From positions 39,680,001 to 39,744,000 of the forward strand of contig OZ024754.1 in the NCBI GenBank assembly GCA_964016885.1: a stretch of DNA of 64,000 bases, in the 5' to 3' direction. Below are positions 23,435 through 33,770 of the stretch, piece after piece (the stretch's first letter is position 1; each line of letters starts with the position of its first letter). Source of the DNA: Eledone cirrhosa. Lineage: Eukaryota. Position numbers and translations under genes: made by a program. The notes under the pieces were generated by a model. The model did not search any database, had not been told where the DNA came from, and saw only the letters and a list, made by a program, of their open reading frames with translations.

Positions 23435-23526
23435 ACATATTACATATGTTTCTCTGTTGATCAGCTCGAGGCAGGATCTGTGACAGATTGAACCCGACTC
23501 TGCATTCGCAAGTTCCTCAGATACGT
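23435..23526 (-). ncRNA. Hammerhead ribozyme-like motif, same family as 2246-2337
   Basis: On -: ACGUAU-CUGAGGA-(~60 nt)-GAAA-CAUAUG-UA-AUAUGU. Stem I is retained with one G-U pair. Confidence 0.6.
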
Positions 23527-23596
23527 CTTGTGTATTCAAAGCATTCCATTTTCTCTGTTAGCAAGGGTTGAAATAAATATTCATGGGCTTTCATCA

Positions 23597-24178
23597 ATAT
23601 TTAGTTTCCCATACCAGTCACCCACCAGTGGTGTATATTTAGTTTCACATACCAGTCACCCACCAGAATGGTGTATATTTAGTTTCCCATACCAGTCACC
23701 CACCAGTGGTGTATATTTAGTTTCCCATACCAGTGGTGTATATTTAGTTTCACATACCAGTCACCCACCAGAATGGTGTATATTTAGTTTCCCATACCAG
23801 TGGTGTATATTTAGTTTCACATACCAGTCACCCACCAGAATGGTGTATATTTAGTTTCCCATACCAGTGGTGTATATTTAGTTTCCCATACCAGTGGTGT
23901 ATATTTAGTTTCACATACCAGTCACCCACCAGAATGGTGTATATTTAGTTTCCCATACCAGTGGTGTATATTTAGTTTCACATACCATTCATCCACCAGA
24001 ATGGTGTATATTTAGTTTCCCATACCAGTCATCCACCAGTGGTGTATATTTAGTTTCACATACCAGTCACCCACCAGAATGGTGTATATTTAGTTTCCCA
24101 TACCAGTCACCCACCAGTGGTGTATATTTAGTTTCACATACCATTCATCCACCAGAATGGTGTATATTTAGTTTCACA
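23597..24178. repeat. Modular minisatellite (27-bp core with optional 11/13-bp module)
   Basis: tggtgtatatttagtttc(c/a)cataccag with or without tcacccaccag(aa). Confidence 0.93.
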
Positions 24179-24540
24179 TCTGTCATTCTTTTGTCACCAA
24201 CGAAGTTGGTGATTGATAACAGTTACCATGGCATTAAGTGGATGAGACAAATCTTTGAAATGTACAGAAAAACAATTTGTTACAAGTTAAGTTTTTCCAT
24301 AACTGGAAACAAGATCAGAACTTGGTTATGGCCACACTAACACTTTGGTAAACATATTTCCAATCTTTCAGTTGGTCCTGTCAGAATCAACCGTCTCCAA
24401 CTGATCCGGCAACCATGCTAGTGTGGAAAAATGGACATAAAACAGTGATGATGATGATAATGATGACACACACACACACGTACATCTAAGGTACATTTCA
24501 TGATGATGAAAGAACAAAACATGATTTTGGTTTCATAAAA

Positions 24541-24546
24541 TTTATT
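24541..24546 (-). terminator. Candidate polyadenylation signal AATAAA of COX8
   Basis: tttatt on + is AATAAA on -, about 80 nt after the COX8 stop codon. Confidence 0.55.
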
Positions 24547-24626
24547 TTTCTAATACATAAGTATTAAATTATTCTGGTAATCCAGAATTTTTAGTCACTC
24601 CCATTACATGCTACAAAAGACTATTC

Positions 24627-24722
24627 TCAATCTGACTTTTTGTAAGTTTTCAGCCTGGCTAACAGAACCCCGGAAGGCATACACACACATAACACCATAA
24701 CTGTGGCAAGGGAATATTTCTC
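24627..24722 (-). CDS. COX8: Cytochrome c oxidase subunit VIII, exon 2 (TM helix, stop)
   Basis: Poly-T tract then cag|EKYSLATVMVLCVCMPSGVLLARLKTYKKSD*. Matches the COX8 pattern E...P.G..L..L.TY. Spliced product is 69 aa. Confidence 0.9.
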   Translation of the reverse strand, partial: EKYSLATVMVLCVCMPSGVLLARLKTYKKSD

Positions 24723-24836
24723 CTGAAAAAAAAAAAAAAAAAATTATAAGAGGGTGGAAAAATAACTTTGAAGTAAAAAAATTATAGAATACATACAAAT
24801 GAAAAGGTTTCATCCACGCTCCACTCCAGTTATTAA

Positions 24837-25065
24837 CCCTTTCTTTACCATATTTCTAATGAAAGATTGCTAATGGTTTTTAAATAATTTTGAAAATAAT
24901 CAAGAATTTCAAAGTATTTAATAATATAACTAACTTTCTTATTAAGTTTGCGTTTGGAACATAAGTGTTCTTACATAGAATTATGATGGAAAGCTTTTAG
25001 ATAAGTATAAACAGCTTAGTACTATAGAACCAGAGTCAGTTTTAGGTGACCTAGTATCAAAAGGG
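24837..25065. mobile_element. piggyBac-type MITE family P2 (older, many diverged copies)
   Basis: TTAA[ccctt...aaggg]TTAA. Diverged copies at ~11010-11430, 25171-25561, 38715-38900, 40801-41049, 44060-44290, 46590-46915, 52690-52900, 54160-54390, 56826-57050 and 61148-61360. Confidence 0.7.
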
Positions 25066-25311
25066 TTAACCATCTGAAAACAGAACATTTTGATATTGCT
25101 TAGCAGTATGGTACTATAGTTACAAATGAGGTGGTTTGCAGAGAAGCACAGTTCCAGGAAGACGGGTTAACTCTTTTGATTTCAACCCACTTGTTTTAGG
25201 AATTAGAATTGCTCGATTAAAATGTTATACTAATATTACAACCTTCAATCATATTTTTATTTTTTTAAATTTATGTAATGTTCAAACCAACTTACTAATG
25301 AAAAATTTAAT

Positions 25312-25481
25312 TACCATATTTCCTGGCGTCGAAGACGTCCTCGAGGACGCACCCTAATTTTGACAACCCAAAATTTGAAGAAAAAAAAAAATAAACAACC
25401 TTCATCCTCCAGGACGCATGGAAGATTTTTGATACTTATTTTAGGAAAGCAGTAGCGTGTTCGACGTCGGGAAATACGGTA
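25312..25481. mobile_element. pogo/Tigger-type MITE nested in a P2 MITE
   Basis: TIRs taccatatttcctggcgtcgaagacg / cgtgttcgacgtcgggaaatacggta. Confidence 0.7.
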
Positions 25482-27016
25482 TATTAAATTCCTCCAAATT
25501 TTATATTTTCAATATGTATTACATAACAGTCTATTTCATTAGAAATGCAGTAATAAATGGGTTAAAGAACAAGTTTGGTTTATGGATAGAATCTAAAGTA
25601 GAGGTAATAGAAGAGTGACATGATGTTACAAGTGTTGTAGCCAGGAGACTAACAACGTCTAATAATTTAATTTCAATATGAGGTTAGATAGATTGCTATA
25701 GAGTGTTGAGCTAAAAACTAGTTGATAGCTTTTGTTGTCTCAGATGTCATTTTAATATTTGTTTTAATGTACAGTAGTATTAGATATTCTATTTTATTAT
25801 TTTTTTACTTATCTCAGACATTAAACATCTGCCATGATGATGATAAGTTAAACCAGTGAAATCATATCTAATGCTTGCAACTTTAAAAACCTAAAATAGG
25901 AGATAAGAGATCCCATCTTAGTTGATGACCTTTTCCCCCTCTCAGTAGAAACGTAAGCTTGCCATATTTTATTTTTTATTTGGCAGTATTGGTAGAGCAT
26001 CGAACATGCTTTGCGGCATATAGTTATGGACCTTTACATTCTGAGTTCAAATCCAGCTGAGATTAGCTTTGCCTTTGATCCTTACTGAGGTGGGTTGATA
26101 AAATAAAGTACTAGTCATGCACTGGGGTCGATTTAATTGACTTTTCCCATCTCCAAAATTGCTGGCCTCATGCCTATATCAGAGACTATTGTTAGAGGGA
26201 TTACTAAGTAAATATACACAAGAATATATTTGTTAGCTTATGAGGCAGAATTATTTAAACATCAAATAATTTTGTGGTGCTATTCACCTGATAAATAGTT
26301 AAATATATAAAAACAATTTTTGGAACATTAACTTTTTCGATACCAAAACATCTGAAATTGCTCCTGGTTTTATGATATAAAACAAATTTATTTAACAATC
26401 ACAGGCACCATCTTTTATTAGAAATATGGCAATGAAATGGTTAAAAAATTCAATTACGATAAGATATGCAGTAAAAAAACAAAACAACATTAACTGAAGA
26501 CAAATATTTTGAATAGCAAGTATGGGAGACAACTCAAGGCTTGTTTCACTCCCAATGATGCATCTTAGCAGATTATCATAACTTGCAGGTGGTCACAGAA
26601 TTATTCATAACAAATTTCTTACTGTATATTTATTTAACAAGTAGAAAGTCATTAACACTACTAGAAAAAGAAATTGTTTTGACCATTCGTTGTAAAAATG
26701 TCATTGTGTACATAGACATGGCTGAATGGTTAAGAAGTTTGCTTTACAATCTTGAGGTTCCAAGCCTGATCTCACCATATAGCATTTTGAGCAAGGCCTG
26801 AGTGAAATTGTAGGCAGAGATATTGGAGGAGCTCATCAGATGAATTGTACCAATGTCCAAGCCTTGTCACATATTGATTTGGCCTGAGAATTATGTTAAC
26901 TGTGTGTGTGTGTATATATATATATCAATGCAATATCAATATCAATGCTAATTTAAAAAAATTAGTAATTCAATTGATTGAAAAAACTGAAAGAGTATAT
27001 ATATATATATATATAT

Positions 27017-27223
27017 ATAACGAAGGAAATGTGGTAAGGAACCAGGTGGACGATAACGCACCAAAGTACTCAATACTTAGGGTAGTAGAGTGGGTAATAG
27101 GAACAAGTAGGACCCCGACGGCTGGGCTCAAGCCGTTTCGACGGCTAATTCTGGACTAAATTAGTCCAGATTTACCCGTCGAAACGGCTTGAGCTCAGCC
27201 GTCGGGGTCCTACTCGTTCCTAT
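27017..27223 (-). mobile_element. Fold-back element family A (COX8 intron)
   Basis: Reverse-oriented copy with hairpin at 27097-27223, flanked by (TA)n. Confidence 0.75.
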
Positions 27224-27292
27224 ATATATATATCTGAGATGTGACATGTAGAAGTACTTTGTACAGCAGCAAAGCTACTATCTATATATGAA

Positions 27293-27391
<99 letters not shown>

Positions 27392-27762
27392 TCGTGGTGC
27401 TAAGACCAGGGCAACCGCTAATCATGGGAGTACTCAATGCATGGGAGATGCAGAGTGGGTGTGTATATATACATATATATATCATCAGTGTTTAACGCCC
27501 ATTTTTCCATGCTAGCATGGGTTAAACGAGTTGTTCTGCTGTGAGAAATGTGGATGCTCTTCCTAATGCCAACCACATTTACAATGAGTACTGGGAGCTT
27601 TTTATTGTGACCCCTACAAGACCACATTACAGTGTGGGCTGGAGGCTTATATATATATATGCCCTTCAGTCTTAGAGGGTCGATAAAGTACCAGCTATGT
27701 ACTAGGGCCGTTGTAATGACCCTTTCCATCCCCCCCAAATCAGAAACCATTATTTTGGCAGA

Positions 27763-27955
27763 AGCGGTGGATTGGCAGTATTGGTAGAGGATCGGACGCC
27801 ATGCTTAGGAGTATAGTTACGGCCCTTTATGATCCTAGTTCAAATCCAGCTGAGGTTAACTTTGCTTTTCAACCATACGGGATCGATAAAATAAAGTACC
27901 AGTAATGTACACTGGGATAACTGCTGGCCTTGTGCCAAAAGTAGAAACAATTATT
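27763..27955 (+). mobile_element. tRNA-derived SINE family 3 (representative copy)
   Basis: tggcagtattggtagag...gttcaaatcc...gttaactttgc...gataaaataaagtaccag...ggccttgtgccaaaagtagaaacaatt. Further copies near 8716, 17125(-), 25980, 27960, 34268, 36900, 44820(-), 49892(-), 50285 and 54900. Confidence 0.75.
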
Positions 27956-28139
27956 TTATCAGATGGTACAACATGCTTTGCATCATATAATTACGTCCCT
28001 TTATGTTCCAAGTTCAAATGCCAGAGGTTAGCTACGCCTTTCATTCAATGAAATAAAGCACTAGTAACGTACAGGGCTCGACTCAGGCCTTGTGCCTAAA
28101 TCAGAAGCCATTTAGTCAGATCATTGAACACAATGTAGG

Positions 28140-28600
28140 GTAGTGGTCCTCATGACAAAGTCACAAGTGCTGGTGCCACAATATGTACCCAGTACACTCT
28201 GTAAAGTGGTAGCATCTAAAGTCTCAATGTATGGCTGAGAGCACCCCATAACCTCTAGTACTGGTGCCACAACATGCACCCAGTACACTCTGTAAAGAAG
28301 TAGTAACTAAATGAAGACCATGTACTGGTGCCATAGTAACATGTACCCAGTGCACTGTAAAGTAGCAACTAAATTGAGCTCATGTATGGTTGAGGGCACC
28401 TCCATAATCTCAAGTACTGGCACCACAATATGCACCCAGTACACTCTGTAACGAATTAGTAACTAAACCGAGACCAGGTGAGGTTGCGAGCACACACAAA
28501 CTCTGGTACTGATGCCATAAAATGCACCCAGCCCACCCTGTAGTTCTGGTACCATAATAAAAAGAAAAATACCCAGTACACTCTGTAAAGTGGTTGACAT
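28140..28600. repeat. Degenerate tandem array of a SINE internal motif
   Basis: About 6 copies of ctggtgcca...atgcacccagtacactctgtaaag with variable linkers. Confidence 0.7.
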
Positions 28601-29093
28601 TAGGAAGAGCATGCTAGCTGTAGAAAACATGCTAGAATATATGTGAGCGAGGTGAGGTTAGCCAACGCCGGAAGTTTTAAGAGATCTTGAAACGAAGTGT
28701 TTACGATGACCTTCAAACAAAACGGACCTTGCATAGGAAAAGTATGTAAACATTTACATTCAGACGATATCAACATAAGAGTCACTTAATCAACATAAGC
28801 GACAAAGTGTTGTTTACTGATGGGGTGTATTCATAAAATAGAAGAACGGTAAACTTATTACATTCGTTTCCGAGTCAGGTGTTATAAACTTCAAGGGAGG
28901 TGGAACTAGAGAAAACGAGTAATTACGATTGTTTTGAAAACCATATTCGTTCAAAACATCGAAAAATCGTAGAGAAAACAAATTTCACTTTCAAAATTCT
29001 AACGAAATCTATCAACTATCTATCTAAAAATTTAATTTTCTATTTTTACTAATACACCAGTCTCTGAGACGGGTGTAATAGTAAAATTTACCT

Positions 29094-29123
<30 letters not shown>

Positions 29124-29127
<4 letters not shown>

Positions 29128-29328
29128 CAAAATGTAATATAGAAATGGCTTCTACAGGACAAGAACTGTTTCATACGAAGGAGATCAGGCTTTCCTGATG
29201 ATTTCCTTCGAATGAAACAGTTCTAGTCCTGTAGAAGCCATTTCTATATTAACTTTTGTTATATATATATACTCTACTATTGTATTGAGTACCTTACTTA
29301 TTGTGGTTACCCCTGATTGAACGCGGGA

Positions 29329-29332
<4 letters not shown>
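29124..29332 (+). mobile_element. Fold-back element family C with hammerhead-like core (COX8 intron)
   Basis: Arms of about 65 bp (29124-29262). The right arm begins cCTGATGAtttccttcgaatGAAAcag. The tail actctactattgtattgagtac resembles the family A tail. A related piece lies at 32757-32830. Confidence 0.65.
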
Positions 29333-29377
<45 letters not shown>

Positions 29378-29773
29378 GTGTGTATAGAAGGTTCAGTATA
29401 TATATAGTGTATGTGTATGGGTACACCTTGGAAAGTAAAAGATGAATCCATATAAAAGGTAACAACTATATATAACAGATCTAAAACACAAATTAAACAA
29501 CAGTTTTAATAATCGATTTTGGAACACATTCACGGAGAAACAATAACGCCGCTGATTCTGATATTAAACGTAGAGAACCAAAATAAGATTAAAAATAGAA
29601 CAGTAGATTAATACATTGTATTATTTAAGAATATTTTACTATTATCAATTAAAAAACATGAATTATTTTCATTTTTTAAAAGATTATTTTCAGTTCTAAG
29701 TATGTCCTTCAAACATCGACCTGTCGCATTCAAAAGTAACGCAGGCGTTACAGTAGTTATGACAAAAACTTAC

Positions 29774-29887
29774 CAAAGCTGAAATTTTAACTTTTGGGGG
29801 TCCAGATATAAGAGTAGCTTTGGGCGCAGCATGTTTTTGAGCCACTAATAAAGACTGTTGAAGACAATTTCTCAATAAGACAGACAT
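29774..29887 (-). CDS. COX8: Cytochrome c oxidase subunit VIII, exon 1 (mitochondrial transit peptide and N-terminus)
   Basis: MSVLLRNCLQQSLLVAQKHAAPKATLISGPPKVKISAL: acid-free presequence, then ISGPP (compare IHSLPP in human COX8A). Donor TTG|gtaagt, phase 0. Confidence 0.9.
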
Positions 29888-30320
29888 TGTTGATAGAGAT
29901 CGATGTTTCACCTTCTTTAAAAATCAGTCTTTTTTTAGTGTCTGCACGTTTCGCTAATCTCGGACTGAATACTTCCTTTTTCCGGTCGGTATGATTAATC
30001 TATTGAGAATAATAACTTACACTTTTATTTTTTATTTTACTTATTGATTTAAAAAATGTAAAGTTTTATGTATAAATCTTCATAAAATAATTTAATTGAT
30101 CATTCACGTTAAATTGTATTAAACTATTTAGAGTAAATAGTTGACATATTTATATCTGAACATTCGCTGCTGACTACTGATTTGGTGGGTGAGATTTGTC
30201 ATAGGAGTTGAGGGGGAAATTGTAACTAAAAGCAAAAGTAAAATAGAAAAATAACATCTAACAGTAGGGAGAGAGTGTCTAAAAAGGGAAACAAGAAACT
30301 ATAGTAAATAGAAAAATGGC
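29888..30320. promoter_or_regulatory. Candidate bidirectional promoter COX8 / BTBD7
   Basis: Lies between the COX8 ATG and the putative BTBD7 exon 1. Tandem ETS/GABP-type cores (acttcc 29971-29976, ttccgg 29980-29985) and YY1-like aaaatggc at 30313-30320. Confidence 0.5.
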
Positions 30321-30769
30321 TGACGGTGATGGGAGCGTCTGTTGCTGTTGCACGGACGTTTGTATGTGTGTATCCCTTAAAGATGTTTCTGCTGGTTTTG
30401 TGTATTGGTCTGTGCCTGGCTGTTGATAAACCCCTGCCACACTCTGCTACTTTCCTGACCCCCTAACAACTCTCATTCCTTCCAGATTGAAAGAGGAAAC
30501 GAGCCGCTGTCAAATGTAAATTATCAAAGCAGGATGGATTGCCGAAATACTCAACTAATCTCAACTTAAATATTTTGAACTGGAATTAACCAGCTATATA
30601 TATTAGAGACGAACAAATCGAAATTCGAGCAGTACTCGTTGCCATATCTTCATCATACTTTTACATCAGATTGTCATTTTATATATAAATAATAATAATA
30701 AGTCCTTTATAGTATCTCGTGTGGAACTGTTACTGGACTAAAGGTCGGCGATTCCGCATTATAAACTTG
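30160..30769 (+). other. Probable non-coding first exon (5' UTR) of BTBD7
   Basis: Unique, TE-free, relatively CpG-rich sequence ending in a strong donor TTG|gtaagt (GT at 30770). The BTBD7 ATG exon has an acceptor 32 nt before the ATG, so an upstream exon is needed. The start coordinate is approximate. Confidence 0.55.
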
Positions 30770-32487
30770 GTAAGTACCAATAATAATTTATATATTTACC
30801 TTGTGATTTATTCTCTTCTTTCTGTCTAGCTTTTTATTTTCCTTTTCAACTTAGATATCTTTATTTTTTACCTGACCATCAAATGTTTTCTATTGATATA
30901 TCAAGACATTATATTACATTTCCTCTACATAAGAAACGGAGTTCAATTACAATTTCATTTATAGATTTTTAAAGTATTATTATTTATTTTTTATATAATA
31001 AGTATTTTTCAATAAAATATTTGTGGCTTTTATTTGAAGATATTACTGCATTTAATTTTTTTTCAATATCCACTAATGAATAAAAACCATATTAATAGGA
31101 GTATATTAGGAAAATGGGGGAACAGTTTATAATGTATACTATATAATACATTGATCCCTCATTATATGTCATTTACCATTAGGGTTTAAAAAAAAAAAAA
31201 ATCAGTATTCCAGTACTATGTCTTACTTAAAAGCGCAGATTCTCAAACTAAACTATTTGGAAAATCTGAAAATATTTTCCAAAGCAGCTTATTATTCTTT
31301 TCATTAGTAATATCACCGCCCCCAGTCATGTTAACAAGTTCTCTTAGCTCCTTCTTCCCACCTTGGCGCCGGGCCTTCCCTGGTTAATGTCTCGATCGAT
31401 ATTTCATTTTCCCTTCCTATTGGTTCCCAAGGGTTAATAAACCCAATTCTGCCATATCATTACTAAACCTTTAATAACACACTCGAAATTATAATCCTGT
31501 CATGCATCTGGCTTTTTTTTTTTCTTTTCCTTTTTAGACTACCGTCAGTTCATTTTTTTATATGTTTGACATTAATCCCCTTATCAATACACTAATTATG
31601 TAGTCATTTCTTCAAGAAATTCAAAAATATAAATATATTTTTTATTCAATTTTGCCCTTTTAATGTCTACGCTTGTATTTTCTTAATTCAAATAAAATAC
31701 TTAAACAGTGAAATAAATCGTTTTGTGTATTTTGAAAAAATAAAAATATTAAAGCCAGTATTTATTGACCAAATATCGAGCTGGGACGACAGTTAAGAAT
31801 AATATCTAATTCATATGAAATTAGGAAATAAACAATTTTTTTCTTTTTTAATCATAAAAATATTATTTTAACCATTTTTATTTATCTTTAAATAATAAAA
31901 AAAAAATTAAAATGCTGGGAGTAAAATATCTATATGTTATTGCCTTCTTTTATTTTTCTGACTGAGTTTTCTCATAAATTCATAGAAAGAAGGAAAATCT
32001 ATATAATAAATATCACTGTTACCAAATTGTTTGAGTGGTGTGTATCGATCCTTCAAACACATTATTAACTCTCTAATAGCCGTTTCCTTCGATCATCATC
32101 CATCTTGACAGGATTGATTCCGCACTGGGATAAAATCTTATATACCTCTTCTTCTTCACTTCAGTCAATGAGATGAAATAACGATCATTCCTGGCTTCTT
32201 TCGTGTTTTTAAATTTTATTTTTATTCATACACTGGTTTCCCCTCTTACAAAACATCATTGTTTACACTTAAATTACTAAAGACTTCTATAGAAATTATG
32301 TTAGACCTGACACCCCGCCACACCTTCTCTACCTTGCTTATATTTTGGAATTCACTCCCGTGTAGTTCCTCCACAGGAATAAGAATATATATAGTAAGTG
32401 AAACATGGATCCACAAATAACCATAGCTTAGAAGAAATATACCAATTTATTGGAAATGTATGTGTTTCTAAACACCCCATTATTGGA

Positions 32488-32516
32488 TATATATATGAAT
32501 GATGTATATATATATG

Positions 32517-32551
<35 letters not shown>

Positions 32552-32564
32552 GTATATATATATG

Positions 32565-32601
<37 letters not shown>

Positions 32602-32608
32602 GTATATA

Positions 32609-32657
<49 letters not shown>

Positions 32658-32680
32658 ATATACATCATATATGTATATAT
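32488..32680. repeat. (TA)n/(TG) microsatellite (representative)
   Basis: Long TA tract; many others, e.g. 14236-14305, 15341-15385, 27300-27390 (TA+GA), 32880-32970, 33280-33402 and 50610-50675. Confidence 0.95.
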
Positions 32681-32970
32681 GTTTCCGAAGAGGAATGGAA
32701 GGGAACCACAGTTAAATAATGCACTCAATACATTAGTAGAGAAGGTACATATGTGATTAGAACTGTTGAATTCGTTTAAGATCATCAAGAAACGAAACAG
32801 TTCTAGTCCTGTAGAAGTCATTTTTATAATATATATATACTGATAGCTTCTCGCTACAACAATTTCTATACCTTTCATTTATATATATATATATATAAAT
32901 GTGTATATATATATATATAAATGTGTATATATATATATATATATAAATGTATATATATATATATATATAT

Positions 32971-33142
32971 ATAACGAAGGAATTGTGGTAAGGAACCAGG
33001 TGGACCATAACGCACCAGAGTACTCGATACTTAGGGTAGTAGAGTGGGTAATAGGAAAAGGTTCAGGACCCCGACGGCAGAGCTCGAAATAGCCGTCGAA
33101 ACGGCTTGAGCTCTGTCGTCGGGATCCTGAACCTTTTCCTAT
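32971..33142 (-). mobile_element. Fold-back element family A, variant subfamily
   Basis: Tail plus hairpin 33051-33142 with variant arms gaaaaggttcagga / tcctgaaccttttc. Confidence 0.7.
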
Positions 33143-33350
33143 ATATATATCTATGAATACATACATGGATGGTGGTGGCAGGGATTGTCTAAAATGATAA
33201 AATCGATGTTTTTGTTTGTTTCAAAGTATAGAAACATGTATCTAGGAGTGACAATAGTGAAGGTTTTTGTCTTTTAATGTATGTGCATATATATATATAT
33301 GTGTGTGTGTGTGTATGTATTCATATATATGAGTGTGTGTATATATATAT

Positions 33351-33402
<52 letters not shown>

Positions 33403-33407
<5 letters not shown>

Positions 33408-33597
33408 AGAAAGTATGACCCCGACGGGAGAGCTCAAGCCGTTTCGACGGCTATTTCTTTAGTCCAGAAATAACCGTCGAAACGGCTTGAGCTCTGCCGT
33501 CGGGGTCATACTTTCTCCTATTACCCACTCTACTACCCTAAGTATTGAGTACTCTGGTGCGTTATGGTCCATCTGGTTCCTTACCACAATTCCTTCG

Positions 33598-33600
<3 letters not shown>
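33403..33600 (+). mobile_element. Fold-back element family A, variant subfamily
   Basis: Hairpin 33403-33521 with variant arms gagaaagtatgac / gtcatactttctc, plus tail. Confidence 0.72.
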
Positions 33601-33652
<52 letters not shown>

Positions 33653-33739
33653 TACACACCCTCACAGGGTGTCCCCCCAAAATATACATATAATTATTGG
33701 AATGCTGTTTAAGTGTGTATATATATTTTTGGAATACCC

Positions 33740-33770
<31 letters not shown>

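Noticed and set aside
23597-24178. CRISPR-like repeat-spacer appearance
   Set aside because: The spacers are the same 11/13-nt module rather than unique sequences, there are no cas genes, and the context is eukaryotic.
8201-29887. COX8 exon 1 spliced to DHRS7 to give a mitochondria-targeted fusion
   Set aside because: COX8 exon 1 ends in phase 0, and the DHRS7 exon has 4 nt before its ATG, so the join is out of frame and stops within the exon.
29888-29911. N-terminal extension MKHRSLST of COX8 in the ORF track
   Set aside because: It starts at GTG under prokaryotic start rules; the ATG at 29887 gives the canonical MSVL start and 69-aa length.
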